A stretch of 64,000 bases of DNA from Dehalococcoides mccartyi (lineage in GTDB: Bacteria > Chloroflexota > Dehalococcoidia > UBA2979): positions 12,421-76,420 of the forward strand of contig CAMBFG010000002.1 of NCBI GenBank assembly GCA_945865925.1, written 5' to 3'. Shown one piece after another: positions 37,545 to 46,528 of this stretch; positions within the stretch are counted from its first letter, which is position 1, and each line of letters begins with the position of its first letter. Made by a program: the position numbers and the translations under genes. The notes under the pieces are model-generated. The model had not been told where the DNA came from. It searched no databases and worked only from the letters and a program-made list of their open reading frames with translations.

Positions 37545-38461
37545 ACCCCGGCCTCTGCACGGAACGCGGCGACCGTGCGCGCCATGCCGTCCGCCAGGCT
37601 CACGGTCGCCTGCCACTGCCACAGGTCGCGCGCCTTCGAGGCGTCGAGGGCGATCCGCGGGATGTCGCCGGCACGCGGGGGTGCCGCGATCGGCAGACGC
37701 TCGTAACCCGTCTCGCGCGCAAGGTGGTCGAAGATCTCGCGTGTGCTCGTCTCACGTCCCGTGCCGACGAGGCAGAACGCGGCGACGGGTGCGGTCGCGG
37801 CGAGGATCTGTGCCTCGACCACGTCATCCACGTACACATAGTCCCGTGTGTCACCGCCCGTGCCGAAGATGGTGCAGGGCTCATCCTTCAGCATCCGCTG
37901 CGTGAAGATCGCGACCACACCGGCCTCGCCGTGCGGATCCTGGTACGGGCCATAGATGTTGCCGGGCCGTAGCCCCGCGATCTCCATCCCTGTCTCCAGG
38001 CCGACGATCTCCAGATAGCGCTCTGCGGCCACCTTCGAGGCCCCGTAGATCGAGCGAGGCGCCACGGGCGTCTCGTCGCGCGCCGGAATCTCCGGCGGGT
38101 CGCCGAACATCGCACCGCCGGACGAGGTGAAGACGAAGCGGCGCGCACCCGCCTCGGCGGCCGCGCGCGCGAGGGTGATGCTGGCGATGCAGTTGGTCTC
38201 GATGTCGAGACGCGGTTCACGCATGGAAACGGAGACGGACGCCTGCGCGGCGAGGTGCCACACCACCTCGGGGCGCGCCTCGGCGACCGCGCGCTGGACA
38301 GCGGCGTCGTCGCGGATGTCGACGCGGACGTCTCGCCAGCCCTCGACGCCACGCGTGGGCGCCTTCCAGTCGAAGCCCGTGACTTCGTGCCCCTCCGCAA
38401 CGAGCCGTCGCACGAGATGGGTGCCAACGAAGCCGGACGTGCCAGTCACCAGAACGCGCAT
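37541..38461 (-). CDS. NAD-dependent epimerase/dehydratase (SDR family)
   Basis: MRVLVTGTSGFVGTHL Rossmann motif and YGASK catalytic motif. The longer ORF to 38761 is probably spurious. Confidence 0.75.
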   Translation of the reverse strand: MRVLVTGTSGFVGTHLVRRLVAEGHEVTGFDWKAPTRGVEGWRDVRVDIRDDAAVQRAVAEARPEVVWHLAAQASVSVSMREPRLDIETNCIASITLARAAAEAGARRFVFTSSGGAMFGDPPEIPARDETPVAPRSIYGASKVAAERYLEIVGLETGMEIAGLRPGNIYGPYQDPHGEAGVVAIFTQRMLKDEPCTIFGTGGDTRDYVYVDDVVEAQILAATAPVAAFCLVGTGRETSTREIFDHLARETGYERLPIAAPPRAGDIPRIALDASKARDLWQWQATVSLADGMARTVAAFRAEAGV

Positions 38462-38615
38462 AGAGCCCTCCCGAACGACCTCGATGCTCTCCGCGGGTCG
38501 CGCAGAGGGCACGATACGGGCGCCTGCCGTCACGGTCAGCCAGCGAACCTCCGGGCGGAGGCGAGTACATCCGGCGGGGCGCACCACCACGCCTCCGAGG
38601 GCTACGATGCCGCCG

Positions 38616-40211
38616 ATGAAGGGCGCACGCACTGACTTGCTGAGCACCGCACCCGTAGCCGCCGCCGGCGCCGCCCTGGTGCTGCTCGCGGCGGCTGCGT
38701 GGCCCCTCGCCGCCCTGACGCGCACCGCGTTCGAGGGTGACCTGTTCACCCTGATCCGCACTGACCAGGAACTCCAGCAGGCGTTCCTGTGGGCAAGCGC
38801 GATGGCGACCGCTTCGTGCGCCCTCGGCGTCTTCTTCGGGGTGGTGAGCGCGTACTGCTGGGCACGTCTGCGCTATCCCGGCCGGACGTTCCTTCGCGGG
38901 CTCGCGATCGCGCCGCTGGCGGTGCCCGCGATCGTCCTCGCGAGCGGCATCGAGGCGTTGTTTGCGCCGGGGCGGCTCGCCGCCGACCTCGCCACATTCG
39001 TCGGGATCGATCCGGCGCGGCTGCGCAACGGGACAGGTGCCGTGATCGTCGCGCACGGGCTCATCGCGACCGCAGCCGTTGGATGGTTCGCCAGCGTCGC
39101 GTGGGCCAACGTGGACGCGCGGAAGGTGGACGCCGCTCGCACGCTGGGGCCGGCCCCCTCCGCGCCGCTCGGATTGCGGTGTGGCCGGCCGTCTGGCCCT
39201 CGGCCCTCGCCGGAGCGGGCTCTGCGTTCCTGCAGGCGATCCTGTCCTACGGCGTGATCGTGATCCTAGCTGACGGCCGCGAGACGACCGAGGGCCTCGC
39301 TGTCAGGCTCGCGCTCGCGAGCGACGAACGAGCGGCGGCGGTGGCGCTGCTCACCAGTGGGTACGCGCTGCTCTGCGGGATCGTCACCATCCAGTTGGTA
39401 CGCTCACCGCAGGTCGAGGCGCGCCGCACGCGCGCGCGTCAACGCGCCCGCGGCGTCGATCGGGTCGCCATCCTGATCGCGGCGGTACCGGCGCTGATGG
39501 TCCTTGGCGCGACGCTCACCTTGCTGCTCCAGGCAGTCGAAGCCGAGGATGGCCTGACCGCGCATTACGTTGCGCGGACTCGTGGCGGGGCCAGGTGCAA
39601 GCGGCATCCGGCAGGCGGCCCTGGGAAGTCTGCTGGCCGCCGTCCCGGCAGCGGCGCTGACAGCCGTATGGGGCGGGATGGCGGGCGCGGCGCTGGGGCG
39701 GATGCGTGGCTTCGGCGGAATGGTGCGAGCGGTCGCGCTGCTGTTCCCCCTGGCCGCGTCACCGGCGGCGCTCGCCTTCGGCTGGCGGCTGGCAGCTCCG
39801 GACATCGACCCCCGGATCACGCTGCCGGTGGTGCAGGCGTTCGTGGCGTTCCCGTTCGTCGCCGGCACGATTGCGCGGATGCGGCCTCGGCCGCACGCGG
39901 GGATCGTGGTGGCTGCGCGGTCGCTGGGTGCTCGACGCCTGCGCGCCTGGCGCGTGCTGCGAGGGCCGTCGTACGTGATCGCAGGACTGGTGGGATTCCT
40001 CGTCGCGTTTGGGATCACGCTCGGAGAGACCGGTGCCGCAACGGTGGCCCGCGTGCCTGGCGGCACTCTTCCGGTCCGGTTGCTCGAACTCCACCGCCAG
40101 GGCTCCAGCGCCCAGGCTGCTGCACTTGCCAGCGCTATCCTCGTGATCGCTGTGGCGGCATTCACGCTCGGCGACCCGATCATCGCGCGGCTCGGCCGGG
40201 GGCGGAGGTAG
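38616..40211 (+). pseudogene. two-domain (12-TM, ThiP/FbpB-like) ABC importer permease interrupted by two single-base homopolymer indels
   Basis: Frame 0 (38616 onward) carries the EAA loop ...VDARKVDAARTLG and then shifts to frame 2 at a G4 run near 39146-39149 (-1). Frame 2 continues with RIAVWPAVWPSALAGAGSAFLQAILSYGVIVIL and shifts back to frame 0 at the G-run near 39587-39590 (+1). Frame 0 then encodes the second TMD (IRQAALGSLLAAV...ARSLGARRLRAWRVL). Confidence 0.6.
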
Positions 40212-40213
40212 CC

Positions 40214-41728
40214 GTGGGCACTCTGGAGGTCCGCTCCCTCTCGCGTATCCGTGATGGCGTCCTCTTGTTCGACGAAGTCTCCTTCTTCGTGCCTGACGGA
40301 CGGGTCACCGCGATCGCCGGCCCAGCGATGTCCGGGAAGACCTCGCTGCTGCGCGTGATCGCGGGCGTCGAGCGCTCGGACGGCGGAGACGTGCTGCTGG
40401 ACGGGCACTCACTGCTGCGGCTGCCGACCGAGCGCCGCCACCTCGGCTTCCTGTTCGAGGACCTCGCGCTGTTCGAGGACATGACCGTGCGAGACAACGT
40501 GGCGTTCGGGTTGCGCATGCAGCGACGCAAGCGCGTCGAGCGGCTGCGCCGCACGGACGACGTGCTGGACGCGCTGGGCCTCGGTGGGAAGGCGCATCGC
40601 AAACCTCGCGACCTGTCGCCGGGCGAGCGGAAGCGCCTCGCGTTCGCGCGCGCCGTCGCCCCGGAACCCTCGCTGTTGCTGCTTGACGAGCCCACGGCTG
40701 GCGTTGAGGAAGTGGGCCGCGAAGCGTGGCGACAGGAACTCGCACAGGCACTCCGCGCCCTCCATGTGACGACGGTGATCGCGACGACTGACCTACGTGA
40801 CGCCGTCGTGCTGGCGGACCAGATCGTCCTAATGGCGGAAGGTCAGGTGCTCCAGACGGGCAGCGTGTCTCGCGTGCTGCAAGGGCCCGCCTCCATCGAG
40901 GCGGCGACGCTCGCGGGCTACGTACCACTCGTGCGCGGCGACGTCTTCGAGGGCCATGTGATCGAGCAGGGTGTCGGCGCAGTAGCCTTCCCCGCCGGCT
41001 TCCCGCTGCGCCAACAGGCGGCAGTCATGGCGCACCCCACGGCACTTTTCGGGGTACCCGGTGGCTCAGGCCTCGGCAGCGGCGTGTCGGGCACGCTCTT
41101 GCGGGCGCGGCCGGACGGACCTGCTTACGTGGTGGAGGTGCAACTGAACGACCGCTCAGTGGCATTGCGGTGGGAATGGGACCTGACACCACCGGAACCC
41201 GGCGCGTCGGTCGAGATCGCGGTGCGGCCCGGCACGTTGCGCTTCTTCAACGACTCCCCCGCCCCTCGCGTCCGCTCCACCGAGTCGGCCACCGTCGCTC
41301 CGGAGCGCTTTGCCGTGCTGGCGCCTCGAGTGGTGGCGGGCGCCGATGCACCCGGCCCGCGCGCCTCGCAACCGCCGCCGCCTGACGAACCGCTCGACGC
41401 AGCGCCCGCACCACCGACGCCGGCATCCACCAGCGCGACGGACGAGGACGATGAGGACTCGTCGCCGCCACACCTGGATGCTCGCGCACCAGGGCCGGCC
41501 TGGCAGCGTCCCCCAGTGGAGGATGTCGGACCGGTCCGATCGCCTGACGCGGCCGTTGACCCGGTCCGGGTACGTCCCAACCGCCCGACGCCCCCGCCCG
41601 CCGAGCCGGTCGAGCCCGTCGAGCCAATGCAGCCAGTCGAGGAGCAGTTGACTTCCGACGAGCCGGCGCCCGCCGGTGCGCCCCCACCAAAGGCGGACGA
41701 GCGGCACAGCGGGATGCCGCTCGACTAG
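40214..41728 (+). CDS. PotA/FbpC-type ABC ATPase homologue with substituted catalytic motifs, a TOBE-like domain and about 170 aa of acidic Pro-rich tail
   Basis: Walker A GPAMSGKT and Walker B LLLLDEP are kept. Q-loop FQ is FE, signature LSGGQ is LSPGE, D-loop SALD is AGVE, and H-loop THD is TTD. The C-terminal tail is low complexity (EPVEPVEPMQPVEE...). Confidence 0.75.
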   Translation: MGTLEVRSLSRIRDGVLLFDEVSFFVPDGRVTAIAGPAMSGKTSLLRVIAGVERSDGGDVLLDGHSLLRLPTERRHLGFLFEDLALFEDMTVRDNVAFGLRMQRRKRVERLRRTDDVLDALGLGGKAHRKPRDLSPGERKRLAFARAVAPEPSLLLLDEPTAGVEEVGREAWRQELAQALRALHVTTVIATTDLRDAVVLADQIVLMAEGQVLQTGSVSRVLQGPASIEAATLAGYVPLVRGDVFEGHVIEQGVGAVAFPAGFPLRQQAAVMAHPTALFGVPGGSGLGSGVSGTLLRARPDGPAYVVEVQLNDRSVALRWEWDLTPPEPGASVEIAVRPGTLRFFNDSPAPRVRSTESATVAPERFAVLAPRVVAGADAPGPRASQPPPPDEPLDAAPAPPTPASTSATDEDDEDSSPPHLDARAPGPAWQRPPVEDVGPVRSPDAAVDPVRVRPNRPTPPPAEPVEPVEPMQPVEEQLTSDEPAPAGAPPPKADERHSGMPLD

Positions 41729-41744
41729 CCGCGGGGAGACCTCG

Positions 41745-42128
41745 ATGGCACGGGCGACCAGCAAGCAGGCGGAACAGCGACGCGCGCGGCTCGTTGCGAT
41801 CTGCGAGGCGCTCCCCGAGGTCGAAACCACCGGCGACCAGCACCTCGCCTTCCGCGTGCGCGGCAAACTCGTCGCCTACTACCTCGATGACCACCACGAG
41901 GACGGAATGATCGTCGTCTCCGTGAAGACGACGCCGGCGCTGCAGGCGATGCTGGTCGAGGACGACCCCGTGCGCTTCTCGCTCACGCCATACATGGCAC
42001 ATCGCGGGTGGGTATCGCTGCGCATCGACGGGCGCTCCGTGGCCTGGGACGAGGTCGCCGCGCTGGTGCGGGCGTCGTACCGGCTCGTCGCACCCAGGCG
42101 ACTGGCTGCGCAGATGCCCGAGGCGTAG
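41745..42128 (+). CDS. MmcQ/YjbR-family protein
   Basis: Fold-level resemblance only (LPEVETTGDQHLAFRVRGKLVAYY...). Confidence 0.5.
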   Translation: MARATSKQAEQRRARLVAICEALPEVETTGDQHLAFRVRGKLVAYYLDDHHEDGMIVVSVKTTPALQAMLVEDDPVRFSLTPYMAHRGWVSLRIDGRSVAWDEVAALVRASYRLVAPRRLAAQMPEA

Positions 42129-42172
42129 TCACGAATTCGACGCCTCCCATAGGCCGCGCGTACGCTCGGCGT

Positions 42173-42718
42173 ATGCCAGAGAAACAGCCTCAGGCAACCC
42201 CCGTGGACGCGCGGATCGAGCACGACCCGGAGCGGCGAGCGCTCGCGGCCCTCGCCGAGCGTCTGCCGCTGCTTCCCGATCGGCACACACCCGACCAGTC
42301 GCTGCAGATTGTCGTGGACCTCGCGCGCGACCTCACCAGCGCGCGGTATGGGGCGCTTGCCGTCACGGACCGCGCTGACCGCGTGGAGGGGTTCATGGTG
42401 GCGGGACTCGAATCGTCCGAACTGATGCGGCTGCGGACACCGCCGCAGAGCCATGGGCCCCTCGGCTCACTGCGCGACGACGGCCGTCCCGTCCGCTTCG
42501 AGGACGTACAGCAGCACGCGAAGGCTTTCGGGTTCCCGAGCCACCACCCGGAGATGAGCGCGCTCGTGGGCGTTGCCATCTGGGTGAACGGCGAGGTCCG
42601 TGGCGCGCTGTACGTGACGGACCGGCAGGACGGCCAGCCATTCGACCGCGACGACGAGCGGCTGCTGACAACGCTCGCCTCGCACGCTGCGACGATCATC
42701 GAGACGGAGTGGTACTAG
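42173..42718 (+). CDS. GAF domain-containing protein
   Basis: GAF-like region ...YGALAVTDRADRVEGFMVAGL...VAIWVNGEVRGALYVTD. No output domain. Confidence 0.6.
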   Translation: MPEKQPQATPVDARIEHDPERRALAALAERLPLLPDRHTPDQSLQIVVDLARDLTSARYGALAVTDRADRVEGFMVAGLESSELMRLRTPPQSHGPLGSLRDDGRPVRFEDVQQHAKAFGFPSHHPEMSALVGVAIWVNGEVRGALYVTDRQDGQPFDRDDERLLTTLASHAATIIETEWY

Positions 42719-43011
42719 CGCACGACGATCGGGACGGCCTGGACCACATCGAGTACCTCGTCGAGCGCCTGCCGCAGGCCCGGACTGACACCCTCGTTCA
42801 GACAGCGAGCGCAGTTGGGCTGGTCGGGCGCGCCGGTGTCGTGCAGCGTCACCACCACGCCACCCTCGGCGAGCGCGATACCGCAGATCGTGTCCACGCT
42901 GCTCGCCCAGAAGGCGCGGTCGCCTCGAGGCTCGGCGTCGTGCAGGACGACCCAGTGCCAGTCGTCGCCGAAGTCCTCGAGGGCCTTCGCGACGATGCGC
43001 TTCTCTGCCAT
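42715..43011 (-). CDS. hypothetical small Cys/His-containing protein (98 aa)
   Basis: Strong GC3 bias. WHWVVLHD...NCARC motif. No family recognised. Confidence 0.5.
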   Translation of the reverse strand: MAEKRIVAKALEDFGDDWHWVVLHDAEPRGDRAFWASSVDTICGIALAEGGVVVTLHDTGAPDQPNCARCLNEGVSPGLRQALDEVLDVVQAVPIVVR

Positions 43012-43037
43012 CGACCGTCCTCGATCTGACGTCCCGC

Positions 43038-43709
43038 TTAGGACGCCACGTACTTACCGAACCACGCGAGCGACTTCGTCCACGAGTCCGCCGCAGCGGC
43101 CGGGTGGAACGAGGGCTTCGTGTCATTGAAGAAGGAGTGGCCGGCGCCGTCGTACAGGGTGATGTCGTTCGGCACGCCGGCCTTCGTCAGGGCGTCGCGG
43201 AGGCGGTCGACCTGCTCCTTGGGGATACCAGTGTCAGTGGCGCCGTAGGAGCCGAGGACGGGCACCTTGATCGTGGCGAGTTGCTCGTCCGCTGGCATGC
43301 CGCCGCCGTAGTACACGTGTGCCGCATCCACCTTGGAGGTCGGGCGCATCGCGGTTGCGAGGGTCAGGCCACCACCCATGCAGTAGCCGACGCAGCCCAC
43401 CTTCGCGACACCTCGCACGTCCTTCATCCAGGCGATGCCGGCATCAATCTCGCGGGCGGCGAGGTCGCGTTCGAGTGCCATGACGAACTTGCGCGCCTCG
43501 TCCGGCTCGCTGGCGACCTGACCGTGGTAGAGGTCGGGCGCGAAGGCCAGGTAGCCCTCGGCCGCGTAGCGGTCGGCGATGACACGGATGTCGTCCGTGA
43601 GGCCCCACCATTCCTGGATGACGATGACGCCGCCCTTGGCCGTGCCGGCGGGCTCCGCGAGGTAGCCCATCACCTTCATCCCGTTGTGGTCGACGGTCGT
43701 GTTGATCAT
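43038..43709 (-). CDS. dienelactone hydrolase family protein (cytoplasmic paralogue)
   Basis: DLH fold, GYCMGG nucleophile motif, C-terminus LAWFGKYV. Confidence 0.75.
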   Translation of the reverse strand: MINTTVDHNGMKVMGYLAEPAGTAKGGVIVIQEWWGLTDDIRVIADRYAAEGYLAFAPDLYHGQVASEPDEARKFVMALERDLAAREIDAGIAWMKDVRGVAKVGCVGYCMGGGLTLATAMRPTSKVDAAHVYYGGGMPADEQLATIKVPVLGSYGATDTGIPKEQVDRLRDALTKAGVPNDITLYDGAGHSFFNDTKPSFHPAAAADSWTKSLAWFGKYVAS

Positions 43710-43771
43710 GTCAGTCCCCTCCGCATCTGGAATCCGGGCGCGAGTATACCGGGCGGGCCGGGCACCCTCGG

Positions 43772-44404
43772 CTACGGCTTGAGCAACGCTGAGACGTCGA
43801 ACAGGAACTCGACGCGTGCACCCGCACCGATGCCGACCGATTGAAAGTAGCCCTTCGGCGCCTCGATCGCCGCCAGGTACGGCGCGTTCGGACGATGCAC
43901 GGTGTCGGTGTCCGCCTGCATCTGCAAGACGTCGATGATCTTCATCGACGTGTCGACGAAGGCGATGTCAAGGTCGATGTGGGTGTTCTTCATCCAGAAC
44001 CCGGCGGTGGCTTTCCCGTCCGGGAAATAGAAGAGCATCCCGCGCCCCGCGAACGCCCGCCGGCCGGAGAGCCCGATGCCGTACTCGGAGGTTGGTGGGA
44101 TCTCGACTGGAAGGGTCACCACGCTGTTGGCTGCGGTGAAGCGGATGAATGGCAGATGCTCCGTGGGGAGCGACCCGCTGATCGCGGTGGGCTCAGGACC
44201 GGGCGTGAGCGTGGGCAGCGGCGTATTGCTGGGCGCCGGCAGGCCCGGCGGGGCAACGGCAACACCCGGAGTGAAGTCGGGGGGTGGTACGAGGCCCTTC
44301 ACCGTTTCCGGTGCGCCTCGGGGGGCGGTCGCGATACCGACCACCGCGCCGACCGTGAGGATGGCCACGAGTACGAGGAGCGTGAGGCGATTGCGCGATG
44401 TCAC
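43772..44404 (-). CDS. DUF192 (COG1430) family protein with N-terminal signal anchor; start uncertain (GTG at 44404 or ATG at 44509)
   Basis: C-terminal MLFYFPDGKATAGFWMKNTHIDLDIAFVD is typical of DUF192. Confidence 0.55.
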   Translation of the reverse strand: MTSRNRLTLLVLVAILTVGAVVGIATAPRGAPETVKGLVPPPDFTPGVAVAPPGLPAPSNTPLPTLTPGPEPTAISGSLPTEHLPFIRFTAANSVVTLPVEIPPTSEYGIGLSGRRAFAGRGMLFYFPDGKATAGFWMKNTHIDLDIAFVDTSMKIIDVLQMQADTDTVHRPNAPYLAAIEAPKGYFQSVGIGAGARVEFLFDVSALLKP

Positions 44405-44493
44405 TCCTTGATCCTCGCACAGGCGGCAGGGAGGTGCGCGGGACGCTGCCGCGCGCACCTTGACGGCGCCGCGCCCCACGCGCGAGGCTGAGG

Positions 44494-45261
44494 GTGCCCA
44501 TGAGCACATCGCCGAACCTCGACCTCGCGCTTCGCCTCTGGCCGCAGGTGCGGGACAGCGGCACCGTGGACGATCCCGCGTTCCTGGACGCGCTGCTTGC
44601 GACGCAGGGCAAGCCTGGCGCCGCCGCCTACGAGGGCGGCGTGAGCGGCACCTTTGCCTGCTTCCCACCGGACGAAGTGGCCTCGTTCACGTTGCCGAGC
44701 GGGGAGGTGACGCGTGACGACGAGGACGCGCGGCTGCTCGCGCACCTCCTCGTGACGCGGGTGCTATTAGGGTCAGGGCTCCACGTCGACCGGCGCGTGC
44801 AGCGAGCGCTCGCCGACGCGCACGCGATCATCTGGACCGCGCGCGGGACGTTGCAGGCCTCGCCGTTGGCGCTCGCCACATCGCTGTGGCTCGTGGCGCT
44901 CGACCCGCTGCAGGTGTCCGACCAGCCGCTGGCGATCGACTGGACGCCCGAGGGGTTCCAGGACCCCGAGCGGTGGGACCTGGAGTACCGGCTGTTCTCC
45001 CATTACGACATCCACCAACGCGCCCTCGATTGGGTGGCCTACGCGAGCGGGGCACCGAGGCGGCACCCTGGCTGCTCCGCGTGGACGGTAGTTGAGCCGC
45101 TGTTGCGGTTTGACGACCAACGGGCGCAGATCGCCCTCGGCCAGTTCGCCACGCTCGCCGCGCGCGGTGAGGACGAGGCGCCAGCGCTGGCAGCAGCGAT
45201 GCTGGATCGGGCGCGGGTGGAGGCGTTGCTGCGCGCGCACCTCGCGGCGGCACGCTCGTAG
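44494..45261 (+). CDS. hypothetical protein (255 aa)
   Basis: Long ORF with strong third-position GC bias. No recognisable motif. Confidence 0.5.
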   Translation: MPMSTSPNLDLALRLWPQVRDSGTVDDPAFLDALLATQGKPGAAAYEGGVSGTFACFPPDEVASFTLPSGEVTRDDEDARLLAHLLVTRVLLGSGLHVDRRVQRALADAHAIIWTARGTLQASPLALATSLWLVALDPLQVSDQPLAIDWTPEGFQDPERWDLEYRLFSHYDIHQRALDWVAYASGAPRRHPGCSAWTVVEPLLRFDDQRAQIALGQFATLAARGEDEAPALAAAMLDRARVEALLRAHLAAARS

Positions 45262-45273
45262 CGCTCGCAGGCC

Positions 45274-45744
45274 CTATTCGACGGCGACGCGCTCGCCAGG
45301 CTCCTCGACGTCTCCGAGGGTGGCGGCTTCGTTGATGGCGTGCAGGACGCGGATCAAATGGTCGTCATCGGGCTGGGCCATGTCCGGGATGTGGTAGCCG
45401 CCGAAGGCGTCCACAACGGTCTTGTGGTCGTCGATCACGAAGTCCGGGACCATCGGCACGCCGAGCGCCTCGAGTTTCTCGTGGTGCTTCTCCAGCGGCT
45501 TCACGAAGTAGTCGGTGACGTACTCGTCCAGGCCGTGGCGCTTCATGTCCCAGCGCCGGATGCCGACGCCAGACCAGACGTAGATCGTGTGGCCTGCGTC
45601 CTTGAGGGCGATGAAGACATCTGCCGCGTGGTTGCGCAGTCGCCCGTTCCACATGACGAGGGTGTTATCGACGTCGAAGAAGATATTCAGCGGTTTCCCG
45701 CGCACACCGCGGATCTCTCGGCGCGGCTCTTCCTCGTCGGTCAC
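45274..45744 (-). CDS. HAD-superfamily hydrolase
   Basis: DxDxT motif FFDVDNTL. Confidence 0.65.
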   Translation of the reverse strand: MTDEEEPRREIRGVRGKPLNIFFDVDNTLVMWNGRLRNHAADVFIALKDAGHTIYVWSGVGIRRWDMKRHGLDEYVTDYFVKPLEKHHEKLEALGVPMVPDFVIDDHKTVVDAFGGYHIPDMAQPDDDHLIRVLHAINEAATLGDVEEPGERVAVE

Positions 45745-45747
45745 GGG

Positions 45748-46524
45748 CTACCCCCCAAGGTGCCGCGCGAGGAATGTCCCCACGAGGTCATTGAACTGTC
45801 TCGCATTCTCGAAGTACACGGAATGGCCAGCTTTGGGGACCGTCACGTACTCCGAGCCGGGAATCAGGGCGTGGAAGGCCTCCATCAGCGGGGGATGGAC
45901 GACATCGTCCTCCTCGCCCTCAATCATCAGGATGGGGTTCTTGAGCGCGGCGACCTGCTTCGGTGTGGCTGCCTTCGGGTCATTCGGGGCCTCCGGGCGC
46001 GGCGGGTTCAGGCCCCCGATCTGCTGGTAGAGGAACGTGCGGACCGGCTCAGCCGCCCGGAACGTTGGGCCTACGGCGCGCACGATCAGTGGGTCGCCGG
46101 AGTTCGCGGTCGCCTCCCGCAGCACCCGAGCGCGCTCCAATTGCTCCGGCCAGTCAAAGAATCCCCAGGTGTCCGCCATGACCAGCGCCTGGACGCGCTC
46201 CGGGTGGCGCACGGTGAACCCGAGGGCGGTCCGCCCACCCATCGACTGCGCGACCAGCGCGACCTTGTCGAATCCGAGGTGCGTGAGCAGCCCTTCGAGG
46301 TCATCGACGAAGCGCGTGGAGCCCTCGCCAGTCGGGTCGAGCGTGCGCCCAAACCCTCGATGGTCGATCGAGACGCAGCGGTAGGTCTTGTTGAAATGGG
46401 GGACCTGCTGCCACCAGGAGACGTGGTTGCCGCCGGCGCCGTGCAGAAAGATCACGGGCTGGGCACCCTCCGGCCCGGAGATCTCGTAGTACAGGTCGAC
46501 GCCGTTGACGGTGACTGAGGGCAT
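45748..46524 (-). CDS. alpha/beta hydrolase
   Basis: HGAGG oxyanion motif, AQSMGG nucleophile elbow, C-terminal His. Confidence 0.75.
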   Translation of the reverse strand: MPSVTVNGVDLYYEISGPEGAQPVIFLHGAGGNHVSWWQQVPHFNKTYRCVSIDHRGFGRTLDPTGEGSTRFVDDLEGLLTHLGFDKVALVAQSMGGRTALGFTVRHPERVQALVMADTWGFFDWPEQLERARVLREATANSGDPLIVRAVGPTFRAAEPVRTFLYQQIGGLNPPRPEAPNDPKAATPKQVAALKNPILMIEGEEDDVVHPPLMEAFHALIPGSEYVTVPKAGHSVYFENARQFNDLVGTFLARHLGG

Positions 46525-46528
46525 AGGA

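Noticed and set aside
38127-39257. 376-aa ORF spanning the epimerase/permease boundary
   Set aside because: Its N-terminal 160 aa are antisense to the epimerase gene and are low complexity. Only the part from the ATG at 38616 matches an ABC permease.
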